DNA of 64,000 nucleotides, from NCBI GenBank assembly GCA_950097015.1, contig CATNEN010000001.1, positions 17,980,001-18,044,000 on the forward strand. Direction: 5' to 3'. Positions within the stretch are counted from its first letter, which is position 1. Each line of letters begins with the position of its first letter. The translations under genes were made by a program, and so were the position numbers. Positions 1 to 12,572 of this stretch are shown here, one piece after another. The notes under the pieces are model-generated. The model searched no databases and was not told the origin of the DNA. It was given only the letters and a program-made list of their open reading frames with translations. The DNA comes from Macrostomum hystrix (lineage: Eukaryota; Animalia; Platyhelminthes).

Positions 1-1260
1 CCTAGATCCTCACATCTCATTGCTATCCCAGATCCTCAAATCTCATTGCTATCCCAGATCCTCAAATCTCATTGCTGTCCTAGATCCTCAAATCTCATTG
101 CTATCCCAGATCCTCAAATCTCATTGCTGTCCCAGATCTTCAAATCTCATTTCTATCCCAGATCCTCAAATCTCATTGCTGTCCTAGATCCTCAAATCTC
201 ATTGCTGTCCTAGATCCTCAAATCTCATTGCTGTCCTAGATCCTCAAATCTCATTGCTGTCCTAGATCCTCAAATCTCATTGCTGTCCTAGATCCTCAAA
301 TCTCATTGCTGTCCTAGATCCTAAAATCTCATTGCTGTCCTAGATCCTCAAATCTCATTGCTGTCCTAGATCCTCAAATCTCATTGCTGTCCTAGATCCT
401 AAAATCTCATTGCTATCCCAGATCCTCACATCTCATTGCTGTCCTAGATCCTCAAATCTCATTGCTATCCCAGATCCTCAAATCTCATTGCTGTCCTAGA
501 TCCTCAAATCTCATTGCTATCCTAGATCCTCAAATCTCATTGCTGTCCTAGATCCTCAAATCTCATTGCTATCCCAGATCCACAAATCCCATGGCTATCC
601 CACATTCTCAAATCCCATAGCTATCCTAGATCCTCAAATCACATAGCTATCCCAGATCCTCAAATCCCATTGCTATCTTAGATCCTCAAATCTCATTGCT
701 GTCCTAGATTCTCAAATCTCATTGCTGTCCCAGATCCTCAAATCTCATTGCTGTCCCAGATTCTCAAATCTCATTGCTATCCCAGATCCTCAAATCTCAT
801 TGCTGTCCTAGATCCTCAAATCTCATTGCTGTCCTAGATCCTCAAATCTCATTGCTGTCCTAGATTCTCAAATCTCTTTGCTATCCCAGATCCTCAAATC
901 CCATTGCTATCCCAGATCCTCAAATCTCATTGCTATCCCAGATCCTCAAATCCCATGGCTATCCCACATTCTCAAATCCCATAGCTATCCTAGATCCTCA
1001 AATCACATAGCTATCCCAGATCCTCAAATCCCATTGCTATCTTAGATCCTCAAATCTCATTGCTATCCTAGATCCTCAAATCTCATTGCTATCCTTGATC
1101 CTCAAATCTCATTGCTATCCTAGATCCTCAAATCCCATAGCCATCCCAGATCCTCAAATCCCATAGCCATCCTAGATTCTCAAATCTCATTGCTATCCTA
1201 GATCCTCAAATCCCACTAAGAATCCAAATCCCATCATGATCCTAAATCCCAAAATCCCAT
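1..1260. repeat. 26-bp minisatellite (CCTAGATCCTCAAATCTCATTGCTGT), in intron 2 of the MXD gene
   Basis: Tandem unit directly visible; degenerates towards 1260. Confidence 0.95.
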
Positions 1261-2809
1261 TCAGACTTTGAATCCCAATATCTATCTAAGATCCCCATTC
1301 GCAGCGAGCACAGGCGAGCAGCTGACAAAGTGTCTATTATTAACAGAGCACAGAGCAGTTATTCTAGTCGAGAATCATAAAAGAACTCGCAGAGAAAACC
1401 ACGGAGAGACACTTGAAAAGTTTCGAGCAAGAGGCGGCAGTCAAGCTCCTCATGCATTGATTGGCATGATTATTGACCAGCTGTCCAAATTGATGGCCAA
1501 GGCAAATGAATTGTCCTGGGGAAGAGGCGGACAGGCCCCTCTGCTAGCCAGGGGAAAAATTTGTCATATTCTCATTATCGAATTCTTTCAATGCAGGGAA
1601 CGACTTTCGGCATCTGCTCATGAATAATCTGTTTGAAAAAAATTACACTAAAATATACGAGTAGATATTGGCTTCAGAAAATTCAGCCAGAAATCAATGG
1701 CTGCTTCCGCGCCTGACTATGTCTCCCTAACTGCAATATAAATATGTTCTTATACTATAGCCGCGTATGCTAATTCTGAAACTCCCCTAGAAGAAGATCC
1801 GACAAAGAAAATATTTGACCAATTAGCACTGCGCCTCAGTGCGGCCTTGCCAGGCCTTCAAAATTTATCAGCGTGTCACCCGAACGTGCCTGCATCATCT
1901 CCGTCTTCTCCGTCTTTGGTCACCGATCTTTATCTAGACAGACTGCTGGACCTTCAAGGGCTACAACAGGTGGAACTAGGTCACTATGGACACCCTGACG
2001 CGAATTTCTCCAATTTCACTGATCAAGCCTACTGATCAAATATTAGGCGTAGATCAGTCCTACTGTTAAGCAACTAGCTAAGAATCCTATTTGAAATCCC
2101 TTAACTCAGCATTGATCCAGCTATTCTCAGTCCATGGACTGAACAGCCGTACGCAGCCTATATTGCTAAATAGCTGCTCTCCCATCTACTATCTTATCTC
2201 CACCCCTCTCGCCTCCTCCTATTCGATTCCCCACGGACAGGAGGTCCTTGCGCCACTGAGGCGAAGTTCTGACAATTATTCTATACCTTCTTCTACAGGC
2301 CTTCTAAGTTATAACTTCTTTTTATCGACACTAAAAATAACTCGGCCCCATCCTCGATTTTTCCTCTCCTTAGACTCTCCGTGCTGGGATTTGTGGGGAG
2401 GGAGTTTTTGAGGATCATTAAATTGTGCAGCTTCGCCCGGCTACAAATATATTGGTTCTCGCGGGACCAATTAATCAGTGGGCAATCATTTTGCTCCACG
2501 AGAGATCGGCAATGGGAAATAGAAGCATAGTAAATCCTATAGATCCCATTCTTCAGTTATCTGTCCATTCAATCTGGATCGTAATATTTTTATTTTTCGG
2601 ATCTGGAATTTATGCGCTCAATGCACTTTCTGCAGCTCAAACAGGGGTTGAGACCCGGCCGCGCATAGCAGGGGCATTGCTCGTTCACTACTCACCCTTC
2701 TATGCATCTCTATCTGCGAGGAATTCTCTCATCCTTCCCCCCAATCTGCGAGTACTTCTTATCTCCGATCGTAACTACTTCTCTCCCCTTCTCTCTCCCT
2801 CTCATTTTA

Positions 2810-3270
2810 CTTCTCAACTATATCTACTTCTCTCTCCACTATATCTACTTCTCTCTCCACTATATCTACTTCTCTCTCTCCACTATAGCTACTTCTCTCT
2901 CCACTATATCTACTTCTCTCTCCACTATATCTACTTCTCTCTCCACTACATCTACTTCTCTCTCCACTATATCTACTTCTCTTTCCACTATATCTACTTC
3001 TCTCTCCACTATATCTACTTCTCTCTCCACTATATCTACTTCTCTCTCTCCACTATATCTACTTCTCTCTCTCCACTATATCTACTTCTCTTTCCACTAC
3101 ATCTACTTCTCTCTCCACTATATCTACTTCTCTCTCCACTATATCTACTTCTCTCTCCACTATATCTACTTCTCTTTCCACTATATCTACTTCTCTCTCC
3201 ACTATATCTACTTCTCTCTCCACTATATCTACCTCTATCTTCTATACTGTATCTACTTCTCTCTTCTCAA
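2810..3270. repeat. 21-bp pyrimidine-rich minisatellite (CTATATCTACTTCTCTCTCCA)
   Basis: Tandem unit directly visible; explains ORFs 2425..3303 and 2702..3283. Confidence 0.95.
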
Positions 3271-3825
3271 TCTACCATCATAATATATTTAACCTCCGCG
3301 TAACGCACACACAAAACTATTCAAATTGCCTAATAGTCATAAAAACAATAAAACTTTCATCAAGGCTTTCATTCCACCTACCTAGCTATACGAATTCAGA
3401 TAGGAAAAAGAGAACAACCCAGATACCGCGAAGAATATTTAGTAGGAGCCACAGAGAAGTGAGACACTTCTCTCCTCGCTAGCTAGTTTGGCAATGCTTA
3501 AGAAATGCAGAAGAGAAGAGTAGAGAGAATGCTGGTGCATTGCACAATAAGGCCATTCGTACATATGCAGCAACTCGGCATATAAATTGCATTACCTATT
3601 ATATGGCCCTATATATCGCTTCATATATCTTGTACGCACTGCTTACCTGTTTATCTGCCTAGTCACTCTCTTCTTTCTCTTACAAAAATGTGCGAGTGCA
3701 CAGCCAGCTTGCTCCTTGAATAGGTAATTCTACAGATAACTGCGAAAATACATTTCTCTGCCGTCTTTTATAAATGGGGCCTCATGGAAACTATTAACTC
3801 AGGCTCTCATTGGTACTAGATGAGT

Positions 3826-4335
3826 AGGATCATTGTACATCTATGACTTACCAAAATGGGATCATTCTACATCTATGACTCCCCAATATGGGATCATTCT
3901 ACGAGTACATCTACGACTTCCCAATATGGGATCATTCTAAATCTATGACTTACCAATATGGGATCATTCTACGAGTACATCTATGACTTACCAATATGGG
4001 ATCATTCTACATCTATGACTTCCCAAACTGGGATCATTCTACATCTATGATTTCCCAATATGAGATCATTCTACATCTATGACTTACCAAAATGCGATCA
4101 TTCTACATCTACGACTTCCCAAAATGGGATCATTGTACATCTATGACTTCCCAAAATGGGATCATTGTACATCTATGACTTCAAAACGGAATCATTCTAC
4201 ATCTATGACTTTCCAAAATAGGATCATTGTACATCTATGACTTCAAAACGGGATCATTCTACATCTATGACTTCCCAATATGGGATCATTGTACATCTAT
4301 GACTTCAAAATGCGATCATTCTACATCTATGACAT
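3826..4335. repeat. ~32-bp minisatellite (GGGATCATTCTACATCTATGACTTCCCAATAT)
   Basis: Tandem unit directly visible; lies about 90 bp from the donor site of MXD exon 2. Confidence 0.93.
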
Positions 4336-4427
4336 CCCGTGATGGTACCATTCTAAATAATCGAATTCTTATCACGTGATCAAATGTGGGACTAGAATAC
4401 GTAAGCCAAGCAAGAACCCTTATTTAC

Positions 4428-6034
4428 CTATTCTTCTCCAGCTCATTGTGCGAAGACCTACTATTGACAGACGGATTGGCAAAACTGGCTGTGGCGCGTT
4501 TATTTACACCTTGGACTCCACCAGGGCTGCCATTGTGCACTGCGACAAGTTGAAGCTGCTGCTGCTGATGCTGCTGGATGGTCCCGATGCCGTTAGCAAC
4601 CACCTGATAGCCGCCGTGACCAGTTGGCTCCAGCCTGACCCGAGCCGACGGGACGCGAAATGCGGTAGCACCAGAGCCTATTTGAGCACCGGTTTGAGCA
4701 GAGAGAATAGGCAGAGATGGCCGGCTGCGGCCAATGGTCACCAGGGACCTCGTGGCCAGGCCTGTCAGGTTGAACAGGTTTTGGATTAGTTAGATGAGAT
4801 TGATTGAAGTAGATACCATGTCCATGATGGAAGCCATTTCTCTGTCCTGTTTGAAGTGGCTATGGGGTCGGCAAACTCCGGCCCGCGGGCCAGATGCGGC
4901 CCTCGAAGCTCCCAAATCCGACCCGTTGCCCCTTCCGACACCTACATTATCCTGTTCCATCTTTCCAGTGTCTCATCTCTCCCGTGTCTCATCTCTCCAG
5001 TGTCTCATCTCTCCCGTGTTTCATCTCTCCAGTGTCTCATCTCTTCCGTGTCTCATCTCTCCCGTGTCTCATCTCTCCTGTGTCTCATCTCTTCCGTGTC
5101 TCATCTCCCCCGTGTCTCATCTCTCCCGTGTCTCATCTCTTCCGTGTCTCATCTCTCCCGTGTCTCATCTCTCCCGTGTCTCATCTCTTCCGTGTCTCAT
5201 CTCTCCCGTGTCTCATCTCCCCGGTGTCTCATCTCTCCCGTGTTTCATCTCTCCAGTGTCTCATCTCTTCCGTGTCCCATCTCTCCCGTGTCTCATCTCT
5301 CCTGTGTCTCATCTCTTCCGTGTCTCATCTCCCCCGTGTCTCATCTCCCCCGTGTCTCATCTCTCCCGTGTCTCATCTCTTCCGTGTCTCATCTCTCCCG
5401 TGTCTCATCTCCCCGGTGTCTCATCTCTCCCGTGTCTTATCTCTCCTGTGTCTCATCTCTTCCGTGTCTCATCTCCCCGGTGTCTCATCTCTCCCGTGTC
5501 TCATCTCTCCCGTATCTCATCTCTCCCGTGTCTCATCTCTCCCGTGTCTCATCTCTCCCGTGTCTCATCTCTCCCCTTCATCATATTTCTACAGTCAATG
5601 CGGCCCGCTGTCGTCTTCCAGGTTCTCTCTTTCGCCCGCTAGCTAATACGTTTGCCGACCCCCGGGCTATGGCCATGACCCAAGTGGATCTACTGGGTGC
5701 TCATTATAACAAACTGGGCATCTATTGGGTGCTCATTATAACAGACTGGGCATCTAATGTGTGCTCATTATAACAGACTGGGAAGGACATTGTCATAATA
5801 ACAGATATAATGCTACTAAGTTCAATTCAGGCTCCCCACTAACAAGAGTCGTGATTCATGAGACATACGGTCATCAATTATGAAAAAATTTCGCAACTTA
5901 CTTGTCGGCGGAAATGTGGCCTTAGGCACTCGAATGTTCTGCTGTTCGATCAACATTGCAGCCTCGTACAGCATTACCAGGCCGTTGTTGCTGCTGGTGC
6001 TGCTGCTGCTGCTGCTAAGTCGCTTCCGGTGCAT
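4428..6034 (-). CDS. MXD: Mad/Mxi (MXD-family) bHLH-Zip transcriptional repressor, first two coding exons; remainder presumably beyond the left edge
   Basis: Exon 1 6034-5902 (ATG...ACAA|GTAAGT) encodes GLVMLYEAAMLIEQQ, resembling the Sin3-interaction domain (cf. IQMLLEAADYLE). Exon 2 4761-4428 (CTGACAG| ... AATAG|GTAAAT) continues in frame and ends in RSSHNELEKNR, the Mad/Mxi basic region (MXI1 RSTHNELEKNR). No HLH-Zip exon was found in 1-4427. Confidence 0.88.
4866..5664. mobile_element. Non-autonomous hAT (Charlie/MER58-like) MITE with an internal 16-bp minisatellite
   Basis: TIRs GGTCGGCAAAC (4866-4876) and GTTTGCCGACCCCCG (5650-5664). Subterminal CGGCCCGCGGGCC/TGCGGCCCGC motifs as in MER58-like ends. 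8-bp TSD GGCTATGG at 4858-4865 and 5665-5672 (nnnTAnnn type). The left TIR lacks its outermost ~4 nt. Confidence 0.85.
4960..5576. repeat. 16-bp minisatellite (GTGTCTCATCTCTCCC) inside the MITE
   Basis: Tandem unit directly visible; explains ORFs 4794, 4856 and 4894. Confidence 0.95.
5688..5805. repeat. Short ~32-bp tandem repeat (CTGGGCATCTATTGGGTGCTCATTATAACAGA), about 3-4 copies
   Basis: Directly visible. Confidence 0.8.
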
Positions 6035-6199
6035 CGTGCGGTGTATAGCTTGTTTCTCTTTGTAATGTATTCTTAATTTTGCTTCGGGCCTCTGCTGGTC
6101 TCTCCGAGCAGTTCAAATTAATTAAAGAGAACTTAACAAGAAAACTGCTGCTGCTGTAAAGTTAGAAAAAATGTAAGCTCTTAAGTTGGGCGGCAACGC

Positions 6200-6770
6200 G
6201 GCAAGAGATGGCTTGCGACGTGGGTTTTATAGTTTTTTAAGAAAAGCTTGCAATTGGCCTGGCCACTCCCCGTGCGTGGATTTCCATGCCGCTAAATATA
6301 GATCAAAACACGGGGCGTGCGCACTTTGAATCATATGGTTTTCAAGGCCGGATCAATGAACTGTGCGTGTGGGCCGCGGACAAGGCAACGTATAGTCCCG
6401 GGCTCTCACGTGACGCATGCTCTGAAAGGCCGCTCTAGAGTTAAGCGCAGTTCAGCCCAATGAGGAGTAGAGGTCAAAGCTGGGACTTGCTGTACAAGCG
6501 TGAATCAACCCACCCTTGTGCCCTCTCGCTATCTCACCTCCTACTGTGCCTTAGTGTACATTCGGTCCCTCTCTAACCCAAATTCTAACCTAACCGAACC
6601 CTGCCCCGGCTATGTACATTGCCTTAGAGTTTGGAAACTTCCAAAGACCATAACAAGCGCTGACCGCATGTACCCCCGGGGCGCGCTGCGTACGCAGCCA
6701 ACCCCCTCCCCACCGCGTGCGTGTCACGTGGCTCTCTGTGTTAGTAATAGGCTTGAAAGCCGCGTGGCTC
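6200..6770 (-). promoter_or_regulatory. Probable MXD promoter: TATA box and E-boxes in a CpG-rich segment
   Basis: TATAAAA on the - strand at 6231-6225, about 190 nt upstream of the ATG. CACGTG at 6407-6412 and 6725-6730; CGCGTG variants near 6714 and 6761. Confidence 0.5.
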
Positions 6771-7238
6771 TCGCTTCACTAAGGGAAGGGAAGGGAGGGG
6801 CTGAAGCAGGGGCGAAGTCAAGAAAAGAGGGGAGAGGCGGGAAAGAAAAACCAATGCTGCTTCTTTTCTCTCCTTTGCTCATTTTCACAGCCCTCTTTCT
6901 GCCCTCGCTGCCCCCTCTTCCTTCCCTTCAATTTTGCTTCCTAGTTCCTAACAAGGCAAGCAGGGAGCTGGGCCACGGTCGCCTGACTTCGTTGGAAGCT
7001 CCTACTTCTTATTATATTTTCCACATAAGTCGAGTCACCCGTGCTGTCCAACCCTCTCTTTTATAGCGCTTCCCTTCCGCATTTCGCCACAAAACTAATG
7101 CCCTAGCGAAGAAAAGTTGACGGAACGATTGAGTGTGTGTGCACTGTGAGTGAGTGCGTGTGTGTGTGTCACGTCACTTTTTTGTGCCGGTGAAGGGGAA
7201 TGAATGAAAGAAAATGAATGAATCGTCCACTGCTGCCA

Positions 7239-7272
<34 letters not shown>

Positions 7273-7882
7273 GCTGAATTTGCACAAGTTTGCCGCGGAG
7301 AGTAACTAAGGCATTTGGTAATGGTAGGCAATAATAGGCAAATAAGGCTTATTGCAATGTTCCGTGTGAATGGAAATTTGTGATTAGGGTATAGTAAATT
7401 ATAATTGGCACAAGTAAGCACCAGCAAAATGTATGGGACTGGCCGCAGTGCTGACAGGAAGCTGTTAAGTGTCGATTTGCTCCATATTTTTTCTGTCTGC
7501 TGTACACAGTACCCAGAACACAGCTTGCTAGCAGCTATTTTCTATCATGTGAAATAAGCATGCTGTTAACAAAAGCGCAAAGCTCTACCAGAACGTTCTT
7601 GCGCAGCTTACTTCGCATGTAATCTACTGTATGAATAATATTAGTTGGTCTTATTATTAGTACAAGTATTTTTACTAGAGTGCGCGCTCGGTGAAAGTGC
7701 AAGCTGCCCAGAAGCGCTGTGCACTCTTGTCTTAGGATTACTGCTTTTCATACTCTCTCACTCTCTTTCTCTCTTCCTCCTATTCCTGCAGCGCAATGTT
7801 CTGTGTTCAGTCGTTCACTTGGCCAGCAGTTTTTCGTGCCATCAACCCTTAGCGCTGCGCAACACACGGCTAAGCAATGCTC

Positions 7883-8640
7883 CAGAGATGAGACATGGGA
7901 GAGATGGGACAGGGGAGAAATGAGTCAGGGGAGAGATGAGACAGGGGAGAGAAGGGACAGGGGAGAAATGAGTCAGGGGAGAGATGAGACAGTGGAGAGA
8001 AGGGACAGGGGAAAGATGGGACAGGGGAGAGATGGGACAGGGGAGAAATGAGACAGAGGAGAGAAGGGACAGGGGAGAGAAGGGACAGGGGAGAGAAGGG
8101 ACAGGGGAAAGATGGGACAGGGAAGAAATGAGACAGGGGAGAGATGAGACAGGGGAGAGATGGGACAGGGGAGAGATGGGACAGGGGAGAGATGGGACAG
8201 GGGAGAGATGGGACAGGGGAGAGATGGGACAGGGGAGAGATGGGACAGGGGAGAGATGTGACATGGGAGAGATGGGACAGGGGAGAGATGGGACAGGGGA
8301 GAGATGGGACAGGGGAGAGATGTTACATGGGAGAGCTGGGGCAGGAGAGAGATGAGACAGGGGAGAGATGGGACAGGGGAGAGATGGGACAGGAGAGAGA
8401 TGGGACAGGGGAGAGATGGGACAGGGGAGAGATGGGACAGGGGAGAGATGGGACAGGGGAGAGATGGGACAGGGGAGAGATGGGACAGGGGAGAGATGGG
8501 ACAGGGGAGAGATGGGACAGGGGAGAGATGAGACAGGGGAGAGATGTGACAGGGGAGAGATGTGACATGGGAGAGATGGGACAGGAGAGAGATGTGACAT
8601 GGGAGAGTTGGGGCAAGAGAGATATAAGGCAGATGAGACA
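7883..8640. repeat. 16-bp purine-rich minisatellite (GGGGAGAGATGGGACA); reverse complement of the 4960-5576 family
   Basis: Tandem unit directly visible; reverse complement is TGTCCCATCTCTCCCC. Confidence 0.95.
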
Positions 8641-9574
8641 ATCTAAACTAGAGTGAACTTGTATTTTGACTGGCCCAATATGCCCTTACTTATGAATTGA
8701 AACTTTCATGACTTGGTAACCATGGTAACTGATCTTGCACTTGTATATCCGTGAAGAAAGGTGTGAACTGACTGAAGCTCACGATCGTAGACAGCTCAGA
8801 AGTACTAAGTTTCTAGCCATCTAAATAACTTTCAGAGCACTCTTAGGCCTCGCTGAGTATGGTGTATTAGCTTTAATAGACGAGTAGGCCTAATGGCTAA
8901 TGGGATTTACCCATTAGGTTCTCACCTGCTCTATCCATGCTGCTATATTGATTTGTCACCACAGAAGCCACTGTGTCATGGACACATGCACTCTTATATG
9001 AATTGCAGGTATAAAATTAATTTATTGGCCCTGTGACAGTTTATAGATGTATAGATTAGATGCCAATAGACATATGGCGGTTTAGGTAAATGCAACTGAA
9101 TTAATCAATTATTTAGATTTAAGTGGCTCTCCGTAAGCCTATATTCAGTTTTATACCTTATATACTATGACTTTTCTATCTTGCTATTGAAAACTTGGAC
9201 ACTGGTGGGATAACATCATTGGGATAGATTTAAGTATGGGGAGTGAAAATTACTAACGCCTGGATAAAAAAAGTTAATTAATTAGGCGAATAAATTTTAC
9301 GCATTTTAGATGTAATGGCATAAGCCAAATGAGGCATTGACGTGACACAAAATAGTATAAAAAGCAACTGCATTAGAAATAAATAGAATATTATTCCTAT
9401 GCGTACTTTCTTAAGAGCGTACCGCAAACTATTTCACAAAAGTGCAAACGAGTCAGAAAGCATAGTTCCACTTTCAGGTCTTCAATCAAATTAGAACGCG
9501 AGAGTGTGCGAAAAAAATAGATTGCATTCGTTAAAGTGCAATCTTGGAACTAATTGTTAGACAAGAGGCTCACA

Positions 9575-10277
9575 TGTTAGACAAAACTATAACCTGTTAG
9601 ACAGAACTATAACCTGTTAGACAGAACTATAACCTCTTATTTTTATCACTATTTTTATCTGTTAGACAAAACTATTACCTGTTAGACAGGCTGTTCACCT
9701 GTTAGACAGGATGTTCACCTGTTAGACAGGATGTTCATTTATCAGACAGGCTGTTCACCTGTTAGATTGCACCTGCTCCAATCGGGCCAGATGTGCAGCC
9801 GACAGCACAGCCGCAGCTATTGCGCGGCGCATCTGAAAGCTGCGTACGGCTGTTCAGTCCATGGACTGAGGAGACGCCACACCTACCTTCAATTATCCCA
9901 GCTAATGTTGGTACCCATTTAAAAGCTGGGTGAACTGAAGCAATGCAGAGTTAAGTGTCTTGCTAAAGGACACAAACTGTTTCAGTGGAGTCAGGAATCG
10001 AACCCCCGACCTTTAAGTCGTGAGTCCGACGCCCTAACCACTAGGCTATAACCTCTTAGATACAAATATAACCTGTTAGACAGGTTGTTCACCTGTTAGA
10101 CAGGCTGTTCACCTGTTAGACAGGTTGTTCACCTGTTAGACAGGCTGTTCACCTGATATTAGACAGGCTGTTCACATTTTAGATAGGCTGTTCACCTGTT
10201 AGACAGGCTGTTCACCTGTTATACAGGCTGTTCACCTGTTGGACAGGCTGTTCACCTGTTAGACAGGCTGTTCACCA
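9575..10277. repeat. 20-bp minisatellite (CACCTGTTAGACAGGCTGTT) interrupted by a SINE
   Basis: Units on both sides of the 9780-10048 SINE. Confidence 0.85.
9780..10048 (-). mobile_element. tRNA-derived CORE-type SINE (family A), near full length
   Basis: On the - strand: A-box TAGCCTAGTGGTTAGG, B-box GGTTCGATTCC, then GTGTCCTTTAGCAAGACACTTAACTCT...CAGTTCACCCAGC...AAATGGG, resembling the MIR/CORE domain. The tail GTCCATGGACTGAACAGCCGTACGCAGC recurs at ~2127-2158 and ~45115-45182. Confidence 0.85.
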
Positions 10278-10669
10278 GAAAGTCACCCCTCATGCTTGTG
10301 AGATACATTCGGGCATGTGTACAAGACGGCAAGGGACATCGATATCTGCTGTTGCCAGGCATGAAAGTATTGCAAATCCTACCTGCAGCAACACCATTGA
10401 TTTATGTCTAGACTGGGTGAACTTCGAATGCGGCACATTGATTTTTGTTTCCACTCATCTTTCCATTTCTGTTTCGTGGCGAAATCCATCCCTTACAATT
10501 ATAACGCAAACCATTTCTCTGATTTATAACAAGCCTTATCAGATATGCAACTGCTGCACTTGCTTAAGTGTAATAAACTTTAAGAGGTTCTAAACTGGTA
10601 AATTAGGGGATTACAATCTACTGAGATTTGGTTGAAATGTTGCCACTTTTGTCAAATTTCATTCACATT

Positions 10670-11195
10670 CACAATCCACTCTCCACAGTCCACTCTCCAC
10701 AACCCACTCTCCACAGTCCACTCTCCACAGTCCACTCTCCACAACCCACTCTCCACAGTCCACTCTCCACAGTCCACTCTCCACAGTCCACTCTCCACAG
10801 TCCACTCTCCACAATCCACTCTCCACAATCCACTCTCCACAGTCCACTCTCCACAGTCCACTCTCCACAATCCAGTTTCCACAATCCACTCTCCACAATC
10901 CACTCTCCACAATCCACCCTCCACGGTCCACTCTCCACAGTCCACTCTCAACAGTTCACTCCCTGCAATTCACTCTCCACAGTTCACTCCCTGCAATTCA
11001 CTCTCAACAGTTCACTCCCTGCAATTCACTCTCAACAGTTCACTCCCTGCAATTCACTCTCAACAGTTCACTCCCTGCAATTCACTCTCAACAGTTCACT
11101 CCCTGCAATTCACTCTCAACAGTTCACTCCCTGCAATTCACTCTCAACAGTTCACTCCCTGCAATTCACTCTCAACAGTTCACTCCCTGCAATTG
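10670..11195. repeat. 14-bp minisatellite (TCCACTCTCCACAG) grading into a 28-bp dimer (TTCACTCTCAACAGTTCACTCCCTGCAA)
   Basis: Directly visible. Confidence 0.93.
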
Positions 11196-11599
11196 CCGAA
11201 ATTCAATGAAAACGTTTCATCACCCAATGCTTTTTCATTGAAATGCAAACCAAAGGTTAACAGGCGTTTCTGCTCATCTGTCTTCTTTTGTTCGCTTTTT
11301 TGTTATGAAACATGATCGTCAAGTCGAAACATTTTTACTGGCATTTCCAAATTTAGCAAATAATTGTCCCTGTTTTTGACATTAGAGATTCACGTTTTAG
11401 CAATTGCACTTTGTGTTAAAGTAGTCAATGACATCGCTATTAGTCGCTTTTAGACTATAATACTGAATCTTCTCTTGCTATATACATCCTTGACTTAATG
11501 CCAATTAGCATTTGCGCATCGATACAATTTCAATTGGTTTTTGACAACGCCCAAAAATTTTACACTGCCTGTTCGACAGGCCTCAAATAAAAAGCCCCG

Positions 11600-12572
11600 T
11601 CAGACAAACACAACACCTGTTAGACAAACACAACACCTGTTAGACAAACACAACACCTGTTAGACAAACACAACACCTGTTAGACAAACACAACACCTGT
11701 TAGACAAACACAACACCTGTTAGACAAACACGAAACCTGTTAGACAAACACAACACCTGTTAGACAAACACAACACCTGTTAGACAAACACAACACCTGT
11801 TAGACAAACACAACACCTGTTAGACAAACACGAAACCTGTTAGACAAACACAACACCTGTTAGACAAACACAACACCTGTTAGACAAACACAAAACCTGT
11901 TAGACAGACACGAAACCTGTTAGACAAACACAAAACCTGTTAGACAAACACGAAACCTGTTAGACTAACACAACACCTGTTATAAAAACACGAAACCTGT
12001 AAGACAAACACAGAACTTGTTATACAAACACGAAACCTGTTAGACAAACACAAAGCCTGTTAGACAAACACAACACCTGTTAGACAAACACGAAACCTGT
12101 TAGTCAAACACGAAACCTGTTAGACAACCACAAAACCTGTTAGACAAACACAGAACCTGTTATACAAACACGAAACCTGTTAGACAAACACGAAACCTGT
12201 TAGTCAAACACGAAACCTGTTAGACAACCACAAAACCTGTTAGACAACCACAAAACCTGTTAGACAAACACAACACCTGTTAGACAAACACAACACCTGT
12301 TAGACAAACACAACACCTGTTAGACAAACACGAAACCTGTTAGTCAAACACAAAACCTGTTAGACAAACACAAAACCTGTTAGACAAACACAAAACCTGT
12401 TGGTCAAACACGAAACCTGTTAGACAAACACGAAACCTGTTAGACAGATGCGAAACCTGTTAGACAAACACAAAACCTGTTGGTCAAACACGAAACCTGT
12501 TAGACAAACACGAAACCTGTTAGACAGATGCGAAACCTGTTAGACAAACACAAAACCTGTTAGACAAACAGA
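11600..12572. repeat. 20-bp minisatellite (CACCTGTTAGACAAACACAA)
   Basis: Perfect 20-bp phasing visible across lines. Confidence 0.97.

Noticed and set aside
9980-10048. Possible tRNA genes (also at 24650-24725 and 48896-48975)
   Set aside because: A/B boxes are attached to multi-copy SINE bodies and do not form a clean cloverleaf.
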